From the NCBI GenBank assembly GCA_965637545.1, contig OZ281495.1, positions 8,060,001 to 8,124,000 of the forward strand: a DNA stretch of 64,000 bases, in the 5' to 3' direction. The number at the start of each line of letters is the position of its first letter. Position 1 is the first letter of the stretch. Shown one piece after another: positions 12,201 to 24,528 of this stretch. A program made the position numbers and the translations under genes. This DNA is from Phallusia mammillata (Eukaryota). The notes under the pieces were generated by a model. The model was not told the DNA's origin, ran no database searches, and saw only the letters and a program-made list of their open reading frames with translations.

Positions 12201-15200
12201 GTTGTGCAACTTGCTGGAAAAATATTTTTGAAAGGAGTTTATTAACAACTGTTAAATTCGTTTCAAAGAAGAACAAATTTAAATGTGCTTGATGATGTTG
12301 CCAAGAAGTTCAAACCATAACCGATTGGAAACATATAATAAAAAAAATAATTGCTTTGCTATTGAGCGAGAAAATCGAGGTGTTGAGTCAAATAACTTTA
12401 AAATCGTTAGTGGAACTAGTCGGTTGTACAATTGCAGAGGTTCCCAACCTGTGATACGCGTTTTTCACAACAACCTACACAAGGAATGTTCTCCAACAAA
12501 CTTTTGGCCCAGTATGGTCTTTTCATATTCAACGCTAGCTTATCATGCTGTTCCACAGCTACTGATTTTTCCTGCCACGTGGAAATGCGAGCAGGGATTT
12601 TCAGTAATGATAAACATTAAGTCAAAAAATCGAAACCGGCTAGGTGCACCCGGAAATGACTTTCGATGCGCTGTTACAAAATTTACACCGCGCATCAACC
12701 AATTGGTGGACAGTAAACAAAAACAAAACTCCCATCAAATTTAGTTGTGGTGCTTTAGTTTTATTTTATTAGGCCAATATTATTCTCTGAACAAAATATG
12801 ATTCGATCAAGTTAGTTGTTCTGCAAGAAGTGGTACTCGTGGCAGAACAGAGGCGCCCAAGTTATACGAAATCGTAAAAAGGTTGGGAACACCTGGCCTA
12901 TAGTTATCATGGATTTTAGGTTGTGGAATACCAGGTTTGTAACACACAATTTTATACTTTTTCTACAGCAGTTTGTTTGGACTTTGAAATGAAATATTTT
13001 GAGTTTTTTGGTAATTGTTTGGAAATTTCAAATCCTAGGTCAACTGGAGAGAAATCTAAGTTCGCTGTCAAGCAGTTTGAAATCATTTCAGGAGCAACAA
13101 TATTGTCAAGGTCAGTGACACACACGTCTGCTCAAAAATATTTAATACTGTTTTTTTACATAGCTATATTTCGGCCTTAAGATTTATAATGATATCTAAG
13201 CTGATTTTTTAGCATAATAAACTCATCAGAATGCAAAGTAAGATTTTTTACAAACATTATGCAACAACAACTATCATACTGTTTAAAAAGAATATTAGGC
13301 CACTGACGTTCTGTCTGCAACAAGTAGACACGCCATCAAGGGACGGTTTGTATGGATACAAGTTTGAATACAAACCTACGTTCCAAATGATATTGTGGTA
13401 CAAGAAACACAGCATAAAGTGATAACCTTACCCAATAATCGTTGCTATTTAAGCCACTAGTTTTTGTCAAATGTAACACTCAAGGCAAGTATAAACAGCA
13501 CACACTGGTTTACGTTTAGCCTTAACCTAAGGGACATAATGATTAATAAAAAAAAAAACGGAGAATGGGTGGTTTCATCCTTGTTTTGCAGTTTGGATAC
13601 CTTTTACTTGTGACTTTGAAAGTGGTTTGTGCAACTTTGCTGATGATTTGAGCGCCAATTTTACTTGGACAAGGCATTCCGGGTCCACATCCTCAAGTGA
13701 TACAGGTCCAAGTGTAGACCATACACTGGGAACTACTAAAGGTAGTACTCAAGTATCTTGCAAGAAAAAAGGGAGAATTAATCAACAATACTAAAAAATG
13801 CCACATAACTTTTACATTTATGCCAATCTAACTCCTTAAAAACACACTCAAACTTGTTTAATTTATTAAACCACAACCTGACAATAAAACGGAGTGAAAT
13901 AGCCTAGTTTTAAATTAGCTTGATACTTTGTACTAAAACCAAATTAAAAAACAAAAAAAATACCAAAAGGGGCAGAATATAGTTTTATTTACTACCTTCA
14001 TTTCTATTTTTTGAACAGGTCGCTACATGTACATAGAAACCAGCGGTCCTCGACAATTGCTTGACAAAGCAAGACTGGTTTCATCAATGTTGCCACCAAC
14101 CATGGGTACAAGTATAATATTTTTTTTTCTCATAATTACTTTTACTGTTGGACATAATACAGTTATTTGTTACATAATTACTAAATTTTACACAAAATGA
14201 AACAAACATTTCTAAATAAACAGATAAAAGTAATAACCAACGCACAAATATTAGACAAAGGCATATTTGCAGGTTTAAAGGTTTGCAAACGCAATATTTT
14301 ACAATTACAATGAATTTGGTAACGTTTGCAGTTTTTCGTACTCGTTAAGCTTGTCCAAGTTCATGTTTAAGACTCAATATATGCGTTTTAACTTGTTATT
14401 TCTGTGCTTATGTGTTTTACAGGATACGTTTTGCAACTTACATGAAAAATATTGATATTTTTACAGGTCGTCTTCAGTTTTACTACCATATGTATGTAAG
14501 TATTACTTAGTAGAACAATGGTTTGCAATCTGTAAGTCAACACCTCATGGGGGTCGTTTGCCATTTCCGTGGGGGTCGTGAAGGATTTTGATAAAAAATC
14601 CAAAAAGTTAAACATTTGTCAGCATTTAAAAGTAAAACATTTAGTACGATTTTAGTAACACCTAATGCAGTGGTTCTTAACCTTTTTGTCTTTGCGGACC
14701 CTTTTCGATGCTGTAAGATATTAGTCACAATGCATTTTGGTATGTCGCTTTTGAAGAACGTTTTCAAACAAGTTTCAATGTAACTTAAAACGCCAAAACG
14801 TTTTTTTAAACCATGATTTGTCAATTTCGTTTTGCGCGAATTAAGAAGTTGTCGCGGACCTCTGAAAACGCTATGCGGACTCCAAGAGGTCCGCAGGCCC
14901 CCGTTGAGAACCACTGACCTAATGGGTACATCATTAGCTTATCCAAATACATAAAAAACGACACAGATCTGTTTGCATAGGGCAGCCACATTGGGACCTT
15001 GGAAGTCTATTTAAAGAGACCAACTCTTCGAAAGGAAGTAGTATGGACCCTGAGCGGCAACCAAAGTAAGAAAATATAGTTTGTACCGTTTGACAAAACA
15101 AAAAAAGTGAGGCTAGTTTAGGAATTATTATTTTTATTATTATTATTATTATTATTTTTTTTTAGGGGGGGGGGGGGTATTTTGATGTACATTCAAATAT

Positions 15201-15479
15201 ATTTTTTAGCGGTGGTTCGTGTGAAACAGTAAATTTTGTACCACAACCACCAACATACAGTAAATTACATCACACCTAGGAACGCCTACTAGGTTACTTT
15301 CATTTTGTATGTGTTACATTAAAAACTAAATCATGTTATCAGGTGACGTTTGGTCGTTGGGAAACGCCACCATTACTTCCACGGAGCCCTTCCAGGTTGT
15401 GTTCGAGGGAACAAGGGGCACAGATTTCGCAGGGTACATTGCGATTGATGATGTAACAATCAGACCTTTTAACTGTTGA
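6288..15479 (+). CDS. Gene B: type-1 type II membrane protein with stalk and C-terminal MAM domain; one frameshift in exon 2 (possible pseudogene or internal-start product)
   Basis: Exons 6288-6342 (MNARNCDPPRMEIVEQCY), 10429-10584 (156 nt vs 161 in C/D/F; TM LMWLSLIFVLLIFTVGFVALHFS in the shifted frame), 11152-11185, probable 11273-11311, 11682-11765, 13039-13110, then MAM exons 13592-13741, 14019-14105, 14467-14495, 14981-15065, 15343-15479. All exons after exon 2 are stop-free and phase-compatible. Confidence 0.75.
7152..7651. mobile_element. hAT-type MITE
   Basis: TIRs c(g/a)ggggtcaccaaac; 8-bp TSD caatagac/caatggac. Confidence 0.8.
7972..8933. mobile_element. hAT-type MITE hosting a nested MITE
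   Basis: TIRs cagtggttctcaaa; perfect 8-bp TSD gtgtatgg. Confidence 0.9.
8491..8850. mobile_element. Nested hAT-type MITE
   Basis: TIRs tagtgatgcaccgaa; perfect 8-bp TSD gaattgaa; a partial copy of the same family lies near 53350-53420. Confidence 0.9.
9030..10075 (+). mobile_element. Degraded Ty3/Gypsy LTR retrotransposon
   Basis: LTR-end/PBS-like ..taca-tttggtaacc at ~9187; gag N-terminus MTAAVKSSNAVAIKLPTFWTAQLRSWF*QA from 9228; RT N-terminus KLGLAKKEFHNMLQLGIIQSSSSP*ASPLHIV..WRPCGD* at ~9760-9890; many stops and deletions. Confidence 0.85.
12435..12895 (+). mobile_element. Internally deleted hAT (Buster/Charlie-like) element retaining the transposase C-terminal dimerisation region
   Basis: ORF segment LLIFPATWKCEQGFSVMINIKSKNRNRLGAPGNDFRCAVTKFTPRINQLVDSKQKQNSH; TIR-like ends cagaggttcccaacc / caggtgttcccaacc; no clean TSD. 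Confidence 0.8.
14668..14916. mobile_element. hAT-type MITE
   Basis: TIRs cagtggttct; perfect 8-bp TSD acctaatg. Confidence 0.9.
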
Positions 15480-16295
15480 TTTCAATTGTATTATGACGAC
15501 ATACACGTGAGGATTTAAATTTGATGCCCGAGGAGACATTTTTTTCACAATTTTGTTATTTTTCTAAACATGTGATTCCATCTTTTAACACTTACTTAAC
15601 ACTGATAGTCCAATCACCACAAAACTGAATTTTTTTTTATATTTTTTTTAACTGAATAGTTTTACCAAATACAAACTAGTTTAGCCTTCTTCGTATAATA
15701 AATTCTCATAAACGCTGCTGCGTCCAAGCTTAATCCTTTTTGAAAAAGTAGTTATTACTTAATACTTAAATACTTTGTACATGTAATACTTAATACTTGT
15801 AGAAATGGTTTTCAACGTAATTTCAACATTGTAAATTTTTATCTAACGTATTAAAATGTTTAATGTGACCCAATGTAAATGTTTGCATGACCTAGATGTG
15901 TAAATAAACGGTGTGACATGTAAAGGTTATTATTTGAGCTGGTTTGGAAATTAAGCAAGGATCATGAACAGTGTTTTCCAAACGTTTTTGCTGTAACCAA
16001 ACGCAGATTTCGTTATCGTTTACTTTCTGTAACTTCTCGTGCGCCTTTTCATGTCGCTTCTTTTCCCAACAATATTTTTGTGGGACAGTCGCTTTGCCAC
16101 TTATGTTTACGATAAAAGAACATGAAACTTTGACGAATGTGTAGTGCTTGTCTAAACAAAAAAAGCATATTATGAAAGTCGAAACGCTGCGTTGGGATCA
16201 AGCGAAGACGATGAGATGGTAATTAAGGCAACTATTCTATTTAAATAAGGTGCTGATAAAGTTAAACGTGCTTTGGTGACGTATATAGTTGTTTA

Positions 16296-18345
16296 TGGAA
16301 TGTTTGCGAGATTGATTTTGTTTGGCCCAAATAAACTATTTAAGAAGCTTATATTAGGCATAGTATTTGCGTGAATAAAAATCTGGCTGATATCTGCAAA
16401 TGTATCTACAACGCAAAACAAAATATTTCACTATGAAAAGAAATATTCGAAGTATTGTGCATAAAATAAAATATGATTTTTATAAAATCAGTCTCACTGG
16501 CGTGGAAAATCAAATGATATTTGTGTAATCTTCATAAAAATCATATTACAAAACTGTTACACGTCATCTGGACATAAGTGAGATAAAAAGTGCAACATAT
16601 TTACGTGTTATGTCTGATTTATTCATCCAAAATAAATACAGCTAAACAAATAACAGTCGATAATACGTGTAAGCTATGTGACTCATTGCACTTTTTTTTT
16701 TCAATTGGGTAAACATAATTTTTGGCAAAATTAGTGATAAAGATTGTTTCAGAGTTTACTTCAGAAATGCTATATTTCAGAAATGTTCTTTTGTTGTCAG
16801 TTTATTTTTGTGTTTACGCACAGGACCGTTATTTTCATGCAGGCAAGTTACTTCAAAGTTGGTTTTATTGCAGTTTGTTACACTTTTTATGTAGCCTTAA
16901 TCAAAAACAACAACAACAATTCTATAAGAACTAGCAAATTTATAAGTGTAAAAGTGATGTAACAAGCTTGTGTTAATTTTGGCGTGCAATGAGATTAACA
17001 TTTTTATGTGACGTTATAGTTTACATTTATATTTTTTTTAAAGTGTTTAAATGAGATTTATCGGGTTCTACAATATTCTACAATATACAAATAACAATCA
17101 TAATACGGAAAAACTTAATGCACTGCATGGGCCCATCTTGACGTGGTTTGTTACACGAAATATGTTTTAATCACGATTTGCAGCCCGCTACCAGAATCTT
17201 GGATGTTGGGCGGATCAGCGTGATGTGAATGCGATCGCAAATGCAGAGGACCATCCACTGTACAAACACGGCAACTACAAAGCACGCCAACTGGTCTTCA
17301 GCAAGTGCGCGAGAGTAGCAGCTAATATTTCAAGCACAATATTCGCCATACAGGTACATTGCAGTGCATGTGGTCATCTATAGTTTGAATAATTGCGACA
17401 AAGTTCGTCAAAATTTTGTGTTTTCGACCACAAATGTTTGGACAGGACGGAGGTAAATGTGTCGCCTCCTGCAATGCTGAATCGAGATACAAAATGTACG
17501 GAGAGTCCACGGATTGCCATGTCAACGGAAGAGGAGGTCCATTAGCAAATCAAGTTTACTGACTTATTACAAGCACCAGAGGTATACATGCTTTGTAGTA
17601 ATGCATGAAGACATAAAAAGTTGAAAATTCCTACGCCCGCTATAACGATAAACCTTAAAAAACAATGTTCTAAAGTCGATTATCGCTGTAACGCCCTGTA
17701 TCTATCGCTGTAACGCCCTGTATGGTGTTACTATGATTGTGTTGGCTAGTGTGTCATATTACCCATATGACAAGTTTTATATATTAGCCTGGCAACATTT
17801 CGACATTAATGACAATATTGTTGTTTGTTAACTACTGTTTAACCAAAGTTAAAACACTTTTTAATAACGAACATAGTTAAATTTAATGATATTGGGCAAG
17901 TAACTTCCTCAAGCAATTGACTTATAAACTCTTAACATTTTCCATGTACTTACCATTACATGCCTATTCACACCAAAACAATATGATATTTTCCGAAAGG
18001 AAATTAGACAAAAAATCTTTTTTGAGACTTATTTGTTGCAGTGCACCTGATCGACCTTGGATGCTGGAAAGACAATTCTACGTCGTTCGCAATCCCTAGT
18101 TTAGAACACGACTCTCTCTTGGCTTTCGAAGGTTGCGCAAGAGACCCATCGAAAAGTGTGTCAACGCCGCCTTCAAGAACGGATACCAAGTTCTAGCTTT
18201 GCAAAACAGTGGACGCTGCCACAGTTCTGCGAACGCCAACGAAACTTACCAACAATACGGTCGTACATCAACATGTGCACATCAGGGAAACTTTTCAGCC
18301 AACCGGGTTTATCAAATACAAATTGACCCCAAGAAAATTGAATAA
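16296..18345 (+). pseudogene. WSC-like tandem two-domain pseudogene, copy 2
   Basis: Frameshifted and interrupted signal exon from 16296; exons 17184-17353 (RYQNLGCWADQRDVNAIANAEDHPLYKHGNYKARQLVFSKCARVAANISSTIFAIQ), 17446-17581 (DGGKCVASCNAESRYKMYGESTDCHVNGRGGPLANQVY*LITSTR), 18042-18345 (HLIDLGCWKDNSTSFAIPSLE..[frameshift]..PIEKCVNAAFKNGYQVLALQNSGRCHSSANANETYQQYGRTSTCAHQGNFSANRVYQIQ). Confidence 0.8.
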
Positions 18346-20789
18346 ATCTACCAAAACTAATAATAGAAAATAAGTTACTACATAAGAAAACATAAGTTAC
18401 TACATAGACTTGACGAAAGCTTAAAAAACACACATCAAAACCTCCCAAAAAAATTGGCCCAAAATCATCCCAATTTTATCTCAAATTAATGTGATTGTTA
18501 AACTAATAAGATGTTCCACAACCCGCCCAAACTATAACTAACAGTTAAAAAACACTTGCATTTTGATGTCAAGAAAGAAGGCTAGCAACACAGACACCAT
18601 CACCACGACGATAGTAAGTAATAAGTGTATATAATGCACATAATTGCGCAAGCAATACAATTGTGTTTTTTGCTAGCAAATTGGTAATCATTTTCGTCTT
18701 TTGAGTCAGTATAAGCTAAAGCAGTATATTTCAGCAATGTTTCATTGTTTGGACAAACAGCAAAAAGCAACAGCAATAACTCTACCGTGAGCGAAGTGTT
18801 TTGAAATGTAAGCTTACATTGTTTTTTAATTGTATGTTACTGTGGAAATTTGATTTCAATTAGATTCGACTTTTGCACTGCGGGTGTACTGACCTTCTAG
18901 GTAGACAATAAACAACACTCCGTTATCTGACTTTAATAAACAAACTATCGCTGGTTAACTAAACCTAAAAGACGCAAAGCTAAATTAACGTTCCCACATT
19001 ATATTTCAATAAAGCATGCCACGAAAGCGCCACTTGCGGCTAAACACGCAACACAAATGTCATAACGCGCCACGAATCAACAGTGAGATATCAACTCGAA
19101 TGCAAAACCTAGTCACTTCTATAGTCACTTATGCACTGATTTTAAACCTAAATTGATGCGGTTTATATAGCGGTCAGGTCAAATGTTGTTATGCAAGCGT
19201 AGTTGTAAAAACGTACGCCCGAGAAGGTTAACTAAGTTCTAAACCGTAATTATTCTTTAAATTACTTTAAAGAAGTGTCATATGTAACATGGCTGGAAGC
19301 CAAGTAAAGCGTGGTTACCGTTAACACGTTAAAAGCGATACAACGATAGCCTTGAGCCAGTTTATAACCAGTGCGGTAATTAGAAAACAGGTTTAAACAG
19401 GTTTAATAGCCGGTCAAGGGGTAGAAAAAAGACGAGGATTGACCGAACTTGACCGGGACAAATGGCTGCGTAACGACAATTACATGCAAGTTTGAAACTA
19501 AAAGTCCAAAGTCCGATATGTTTTGAATTGAAAGTCCAAGGTCCGATACACGGGAATACAATGCTAGTTCGTTGCAATCTATAAAAACACAGATACTCTA
19601 TGTAACATGCAAAGTAACTGCAAAAAACGCATATTGAATAAAATCACAAAACTATGCAATTTAATACGACATTTTGGTGTTTACAAAAATCCTAGAGATG
19701 ATGGTCGAAAAATAGAACAATTAAATGTTGTTTCACTTGTCAGTGAATGATTTGAGTAATGTACAATTATCTGGTATTAAAAAATCAACAAAAATGTTGT
19801 TCACATATGAATGGCCATTGCATTGTACACAAATAAAAAAAAACTCGCAATAAATTACAAAAACATCCTTTGCTTTGAAAGTGCACCAATATTTAAATTC
19901 GTTTAAAAAAGCAACTTTTGAGCCGAGTGGGTATATGTGCTGGCTATAATGAAAATGGCACATACAATGCGCAAATTATGTTTCACACGAGCGAGGTACA
20001 AAAGTCTTCAAACGATTGCCACGTGACTCACTGTTAGCTATGACGTTATATGTTCGTTTCATGCCAGGGTTCAATTTAAACAATCGCGAGGATATACTGC
20101 AAATGATTAATAAAAACATCATGCTAAAATTGTAATTACGGAAATTTGTTTTTAAGAGCAAAACAAAATATATACGATAAAATATTTATGTTGAAGGTGT
20201 CATATAATTGAATATTTTTCTATGCCAGGTGAAGCTGGTAAGGAGTCGGTACCCAATCAAAAATTATCCCCGTTTATATAAAAGTCTTGCATATCTACGA
20301 TATGGCCTTTCTGACATTGCCATGGATATGCCACATTTGTTTTTTCTGGTAAAAGTCTGGTAAAGGGAGTATAATCAGGTCTAATACATAGGTAATCATG
20401 TTTGACTTATAATTTATTCTTATAACGGCAAGGAGCATTTTGAATGGACTTTGCACATTCTTTATTTTAATTTAACAGGATTAAAACAATTTTGCAGTGT
20501 TTAACGATAAAATAGTCCAATCGGAAATTTGGATTTAACAAAATTTCATAAAAAATAATTTTATTGGAATTGTTCCGAGGTTTGATATAAATTATTGCAG
20601 GATAAATTCGTTGTATTTTGTTTTGCATTTTTTGTGATGTAGCATTGTGTGATTTTTGCATAGCTGTGGATTTGAATTCTAATGTGCCGGATTTAGCATA
20701 TTGCGCAATTGTTTGTCGTCGCACCTCCCACGTTGCGCTCACGTGACTCTGTGACTGCTGTTCTTTGTATCTGAAGTAATCGCTTACAG

Positions 20790-21004
20790 CAGTGGTTCTC
20801 AAACTTTTTTTGTTGCGACGCCCCTGGACAAGTTTTCTGGACTTGCGACGCACCAGCAAATAAAAGTTAATGAGGAAACTTATTATTAAAGTTGAGTTTA
20901 TTGATACAACAACAAAAAGCCACGAAACAAAACTTTTCTGCGACGCCCTTGGAAAATTAAAGCGACGCACCAGGGCGTCGCGACGCACAGTTTGAGAACC
21001 ACTG
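20790..21004. mobile_element. hAT-type MITE
   Basis: TIRs cagtggttctcaaac; perfect 8-bp TSD gcttacag; the same family occurs inverted at 62058-62161. Confidence 0.9.
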
Positions 21005-21506
21005 GCTTACAGGCTCAATATTTTGTTTCAAATCACAACGAAAACGAGTTTGAATTGTTTTACTGGAACTGTTGAAAAATCTTAAAAGTGAGTAAACCCT
21101 TTTGTAGAAGTAAATGACAAATGTGATGCTCGGTAAATACTTTGGGGAAGAATCATTGTCATTCATGAGAGAAGTTGCCTTGTCTTATTCTGTTGTTATT
21201 AAGGGAAATACCATGTCTGACTTCCTAGTGATTGTTTTTGTGTGGTTTTTGACATAGCTATTGCAGATTTTAACATTTATTTTGTTGTACACTAGTATGC
21301 AAAAGTAGAACTTTTTTACAAACCCAATTAATGCTAACTGTGGGGATACAAACAAATTCTAATTGGTGCATTGATTACCATGTATTGCCCATTTCCAACA
21401 TACCAAAAAAATGCTTTGGTTTACTACATAGAGATGACTTGGTAACTATAGTAATGTTTCATATGACATAATGATTTTTGGTGTTTTGCAGGCAAGTGGT
21501 TCAACT

Positions 21507-22951
21507 ATGAAGAAATTTGTATGTTTGAAATTTAGTAACGGCTCAACAGACATAGTGCCACGCAGATGGATGGTTGGGTATTCTCAGTGTAAATGGCCGC
21601 CTGACTCAAATACAGATATTAAAGCTTTAGCCAAAATTGAAGTTGAACCTGAGGAGCACTGGAAAGAACACAGTTGTGTGATTCTTTGTGAATCTAGTAT
21701 GTAGTAATATGGTATTTACAAAGCACCCTTATTTAAATGAAAAATGTATCTTATTTTTTAAGATAGCTATCAAAATGTGAGGAAAAGAGTTATACTACTG
21801 CAATCTTAAGTGAGACATCAGCAGATGAGGATTTTACCCCACCTCCTCTTGTGAGAACAGACAGTCGAAGTATTTACAAACAAGCAGCAGCTCAAAATGA
21901 TAATTGCATCAGAAAGCATAAAAGGTTTTTGGACATTAAAGGCTTTACATAGTTTGCTGCAGTTAAAACTGTTTTCTTTGTGTTATCAGGAAAAGCCCTT
22001 TTTAAGTTTTTCTCCAATCCAAGCATCAAAAATATCAAAGTGATGATTTAGTGTATGAGATCCGAAGTGGCTATGCTTTCATAGGAAAACAACTTCATGT
22101 TTTAAATGAAAAACTTGATCGACTTTGGTATTGGAATGTTACAATGAGCAGTATCTCTAGCACTTCAACTAAACTTTGGAAAATGGAACCTGCCTGTACA
22201 AAGGAAGAGCTGGAGGAAAATTTAAAGCAATCTCTGGTACAGTATTACTGTATTAAGTTAATTGTCATGCAGACTATAGAAAATGATTAACCTTTTTATA
22301 AACAGAATCCAAAGTTGTTGGCACAGCAAGTGGAGGTGAAGTGTCTTAGAGCAACCTTTCGCAACTTTTTGAAAGTATTCATGGCCAAAAACTTAGCTAT
22401 GCAATTTTCTTGGTCTGGAATGGGAAGAAGCCGTCAACAAGTGAAACGAGCGTTTAAAAGCCACCAACTCTACACAATTTTTCAAGGTAAATTTGTCTGA
22501 TCGAGGAGTTCTGAATACTTTTAAAATGTAATTGCATTGTTATTGAGTTCCAAGGTAGTTTTATCATTTGCAGTTGAAAGTGTTGATTGGTGTTTTTAAG
22601 TAAGTTAGTACAAGATATACTGAGTATTAACAAGTTTTCAGATATTTTAGTTATTACTTAATGTATAAATCTATTTGAAATGGCATGTCAATTTCCAGGT
22701 TTTGTTTGAACCATTTTTTAGTGTAAAAATTTCAATATATTGTGCTTTTAATGCAATAAATGTTGCTCTTTTAATTGCTTTTATGATGTCTCTTTGAAAA
22801 ACATTACTTTTTAGATGTTCTACACAACACTTGTTGCCATCAAGGTGCCAACAGAGAGGAAATAGCCAACGCAATAAAACGTGTGTTCAACAGAGTGGCT
22901 GATTGGGATGGCGGGAGGCAGCAACGCATGAAATCTACAGAACAAGCCTGA
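21507..22951 (+). pseudogene. DUF4806-like gene relic (transposon-associated type)
   Basis: Spliced segments MKKFVCLKFSNGSTDIVPRRWMVGYSQCKWPP..W..HSCVILCES; EEL..L; LRATFRNFLKVFMAKNLAMQFSWSGMGRSRQQVKRAFKSHQLYTIFQ; final exon 22815-22951 IANAIKRVFNRVADWDGGRQQR. Frameshifts in internal exons. Family call is from motif recall (SWxG..K..F, DxDGGR). Confidence 0.6.
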
Positions 22952-24528
22952 AGGAACACCTAATGGTCGTTTCATTGTGCTTATTCGTTTGAATAAAAGA
23001 GAATTTTATACAATAACGTGGTATTTATTTATAAGGTTAACTCAGATTATGTACTTTTCAAGTAATTTCTTACTTAAATTAAGTGTGGCATTGCGAAGTG
23101 CCTGGTTAGAACAAGCTAGGTTCTTACATACAAAGTAGAACAAGGGCCATAACTGGCCGTTGTTGCATTTGAAACATATATGCCGAACATATACGTCAGG
23201 GCTATGCATGAGTTTAGCATATGGCCTAAGTCTTTTGACGAGGGAAAACGAACATAAGTTGCAGAAGGGCCCTACATAAATTGTTGATTGGGTATAAAAA
23301 GTCAGACAAAATCTTCCACACCCACGTAACGGAAAAGTCTCAGGTCGTAATACCAAACTTACTTTCGAGCTTAGATGCAAATTTCTGTAAAATGGATTTG
23401 CTCCAATTGAGGGAACCGCGATGCTTGACAAATCATTGTGGCCATGCTTCAGCGCAAAAAGTGCAGCAAAGCGCCAATCAAGTTTTGAATCATAGCAAGA
23501 GATCCATACACAGTTTACGTCTTTGCAAAACCGGAAAGGCCACCATTACAGAGCGATAGGTGTAAATCGAACTAAAACTTTATTAGCCAAAACTTCAATT
23601 CGCAACTTTTAACTTCTTGGACTGCTTAAACCCAACATAAGTAAATATCTGTGACCGTACGACCGCTAAAACATCATTAGACCCCAACGAAACTTCTGTA
23701 CAAGCAACCATGCATCGATAAAAACTTAATGTTGGAATTTCGAAACTGGACTTAAAGGACTTTTTGCTTAAAAAGAAAATTATATCAAAGGCCAATCCAA
23801 TCTTGCTTCTAAACTTCTATTCAGAGCAGTTTGATACACTAGCGGCCAATGGCGAAATAAAGAACAATGTACATTGTGGTCAAAAAGGGTAAAAAGGATG
23901 TGTATTTCTGACCTAAAGCATCGGTTGCCAATGGTGACATTTAAAATTGTATTTATAGTTGTTACCTACGTCATTAGTGATGTTTGTGTGAAATGAACAT
24001 TTAAACTGCGAATAAATTAAATGTGAAACAACAACTGACTCACGTAAACTCGGTTTCAGGTAACTCGGTATCACTAAGCGTTATTTTATTGCCTGTTGTA
24101 ATACATTTGTGGACTTATTTGCGGTTCATTTGCAGTGAGCTGCTGTTGTGTAAAGTTGAAACATTTGAAAACAGTTAAATTTCATTGAAGAAATTAGCAA
24201 CAATGTTAATTTAGTGCATTATTTCTATGGTGGTCTCATTTCAAATTACCAATGCAAGTTTAAAAGACTATTATGTCGGTAGGTATATGTCGATAGATAG
24301 ATACGACAATGTCTTGTTTCTTAAGTTTAATCAGATTGTTAATGAACAACGTTAGCGTGGTATGTACTGCGTGGGAATTTCTGCTGTATAAGATCTTTTC
24401 TTCTGTTATAAAGGTTTAGTGATATTAAACTCTTCCGTGAGAAAATTCCTGTGATGGAAATCAGTTCATTTTATTGCCTAAACTGTTGTGATTGTAAAAA
24501 AGGTAAAGCCATATACCTTCCTTTTCAG

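Noticed and set aside
3974-18345. WSC exons as alternative terminal heads for the MAM receptors (they start in phase 1 about 1.7 kb downstream of the MAM stop)
   Set aside because: A separate signal-peptide-like first exon exists at 3009-3093 (homolog at 16296), and all copies are disabled, so a distinct secreted gene is the simpler reading.
20467-20988. Longest supplied ORF (173 aa, minus strand)
   Set aside because: Crosses a MITE and AT-rich DNA, no recognisable motif; like most of the ORF track it is a chance frame.
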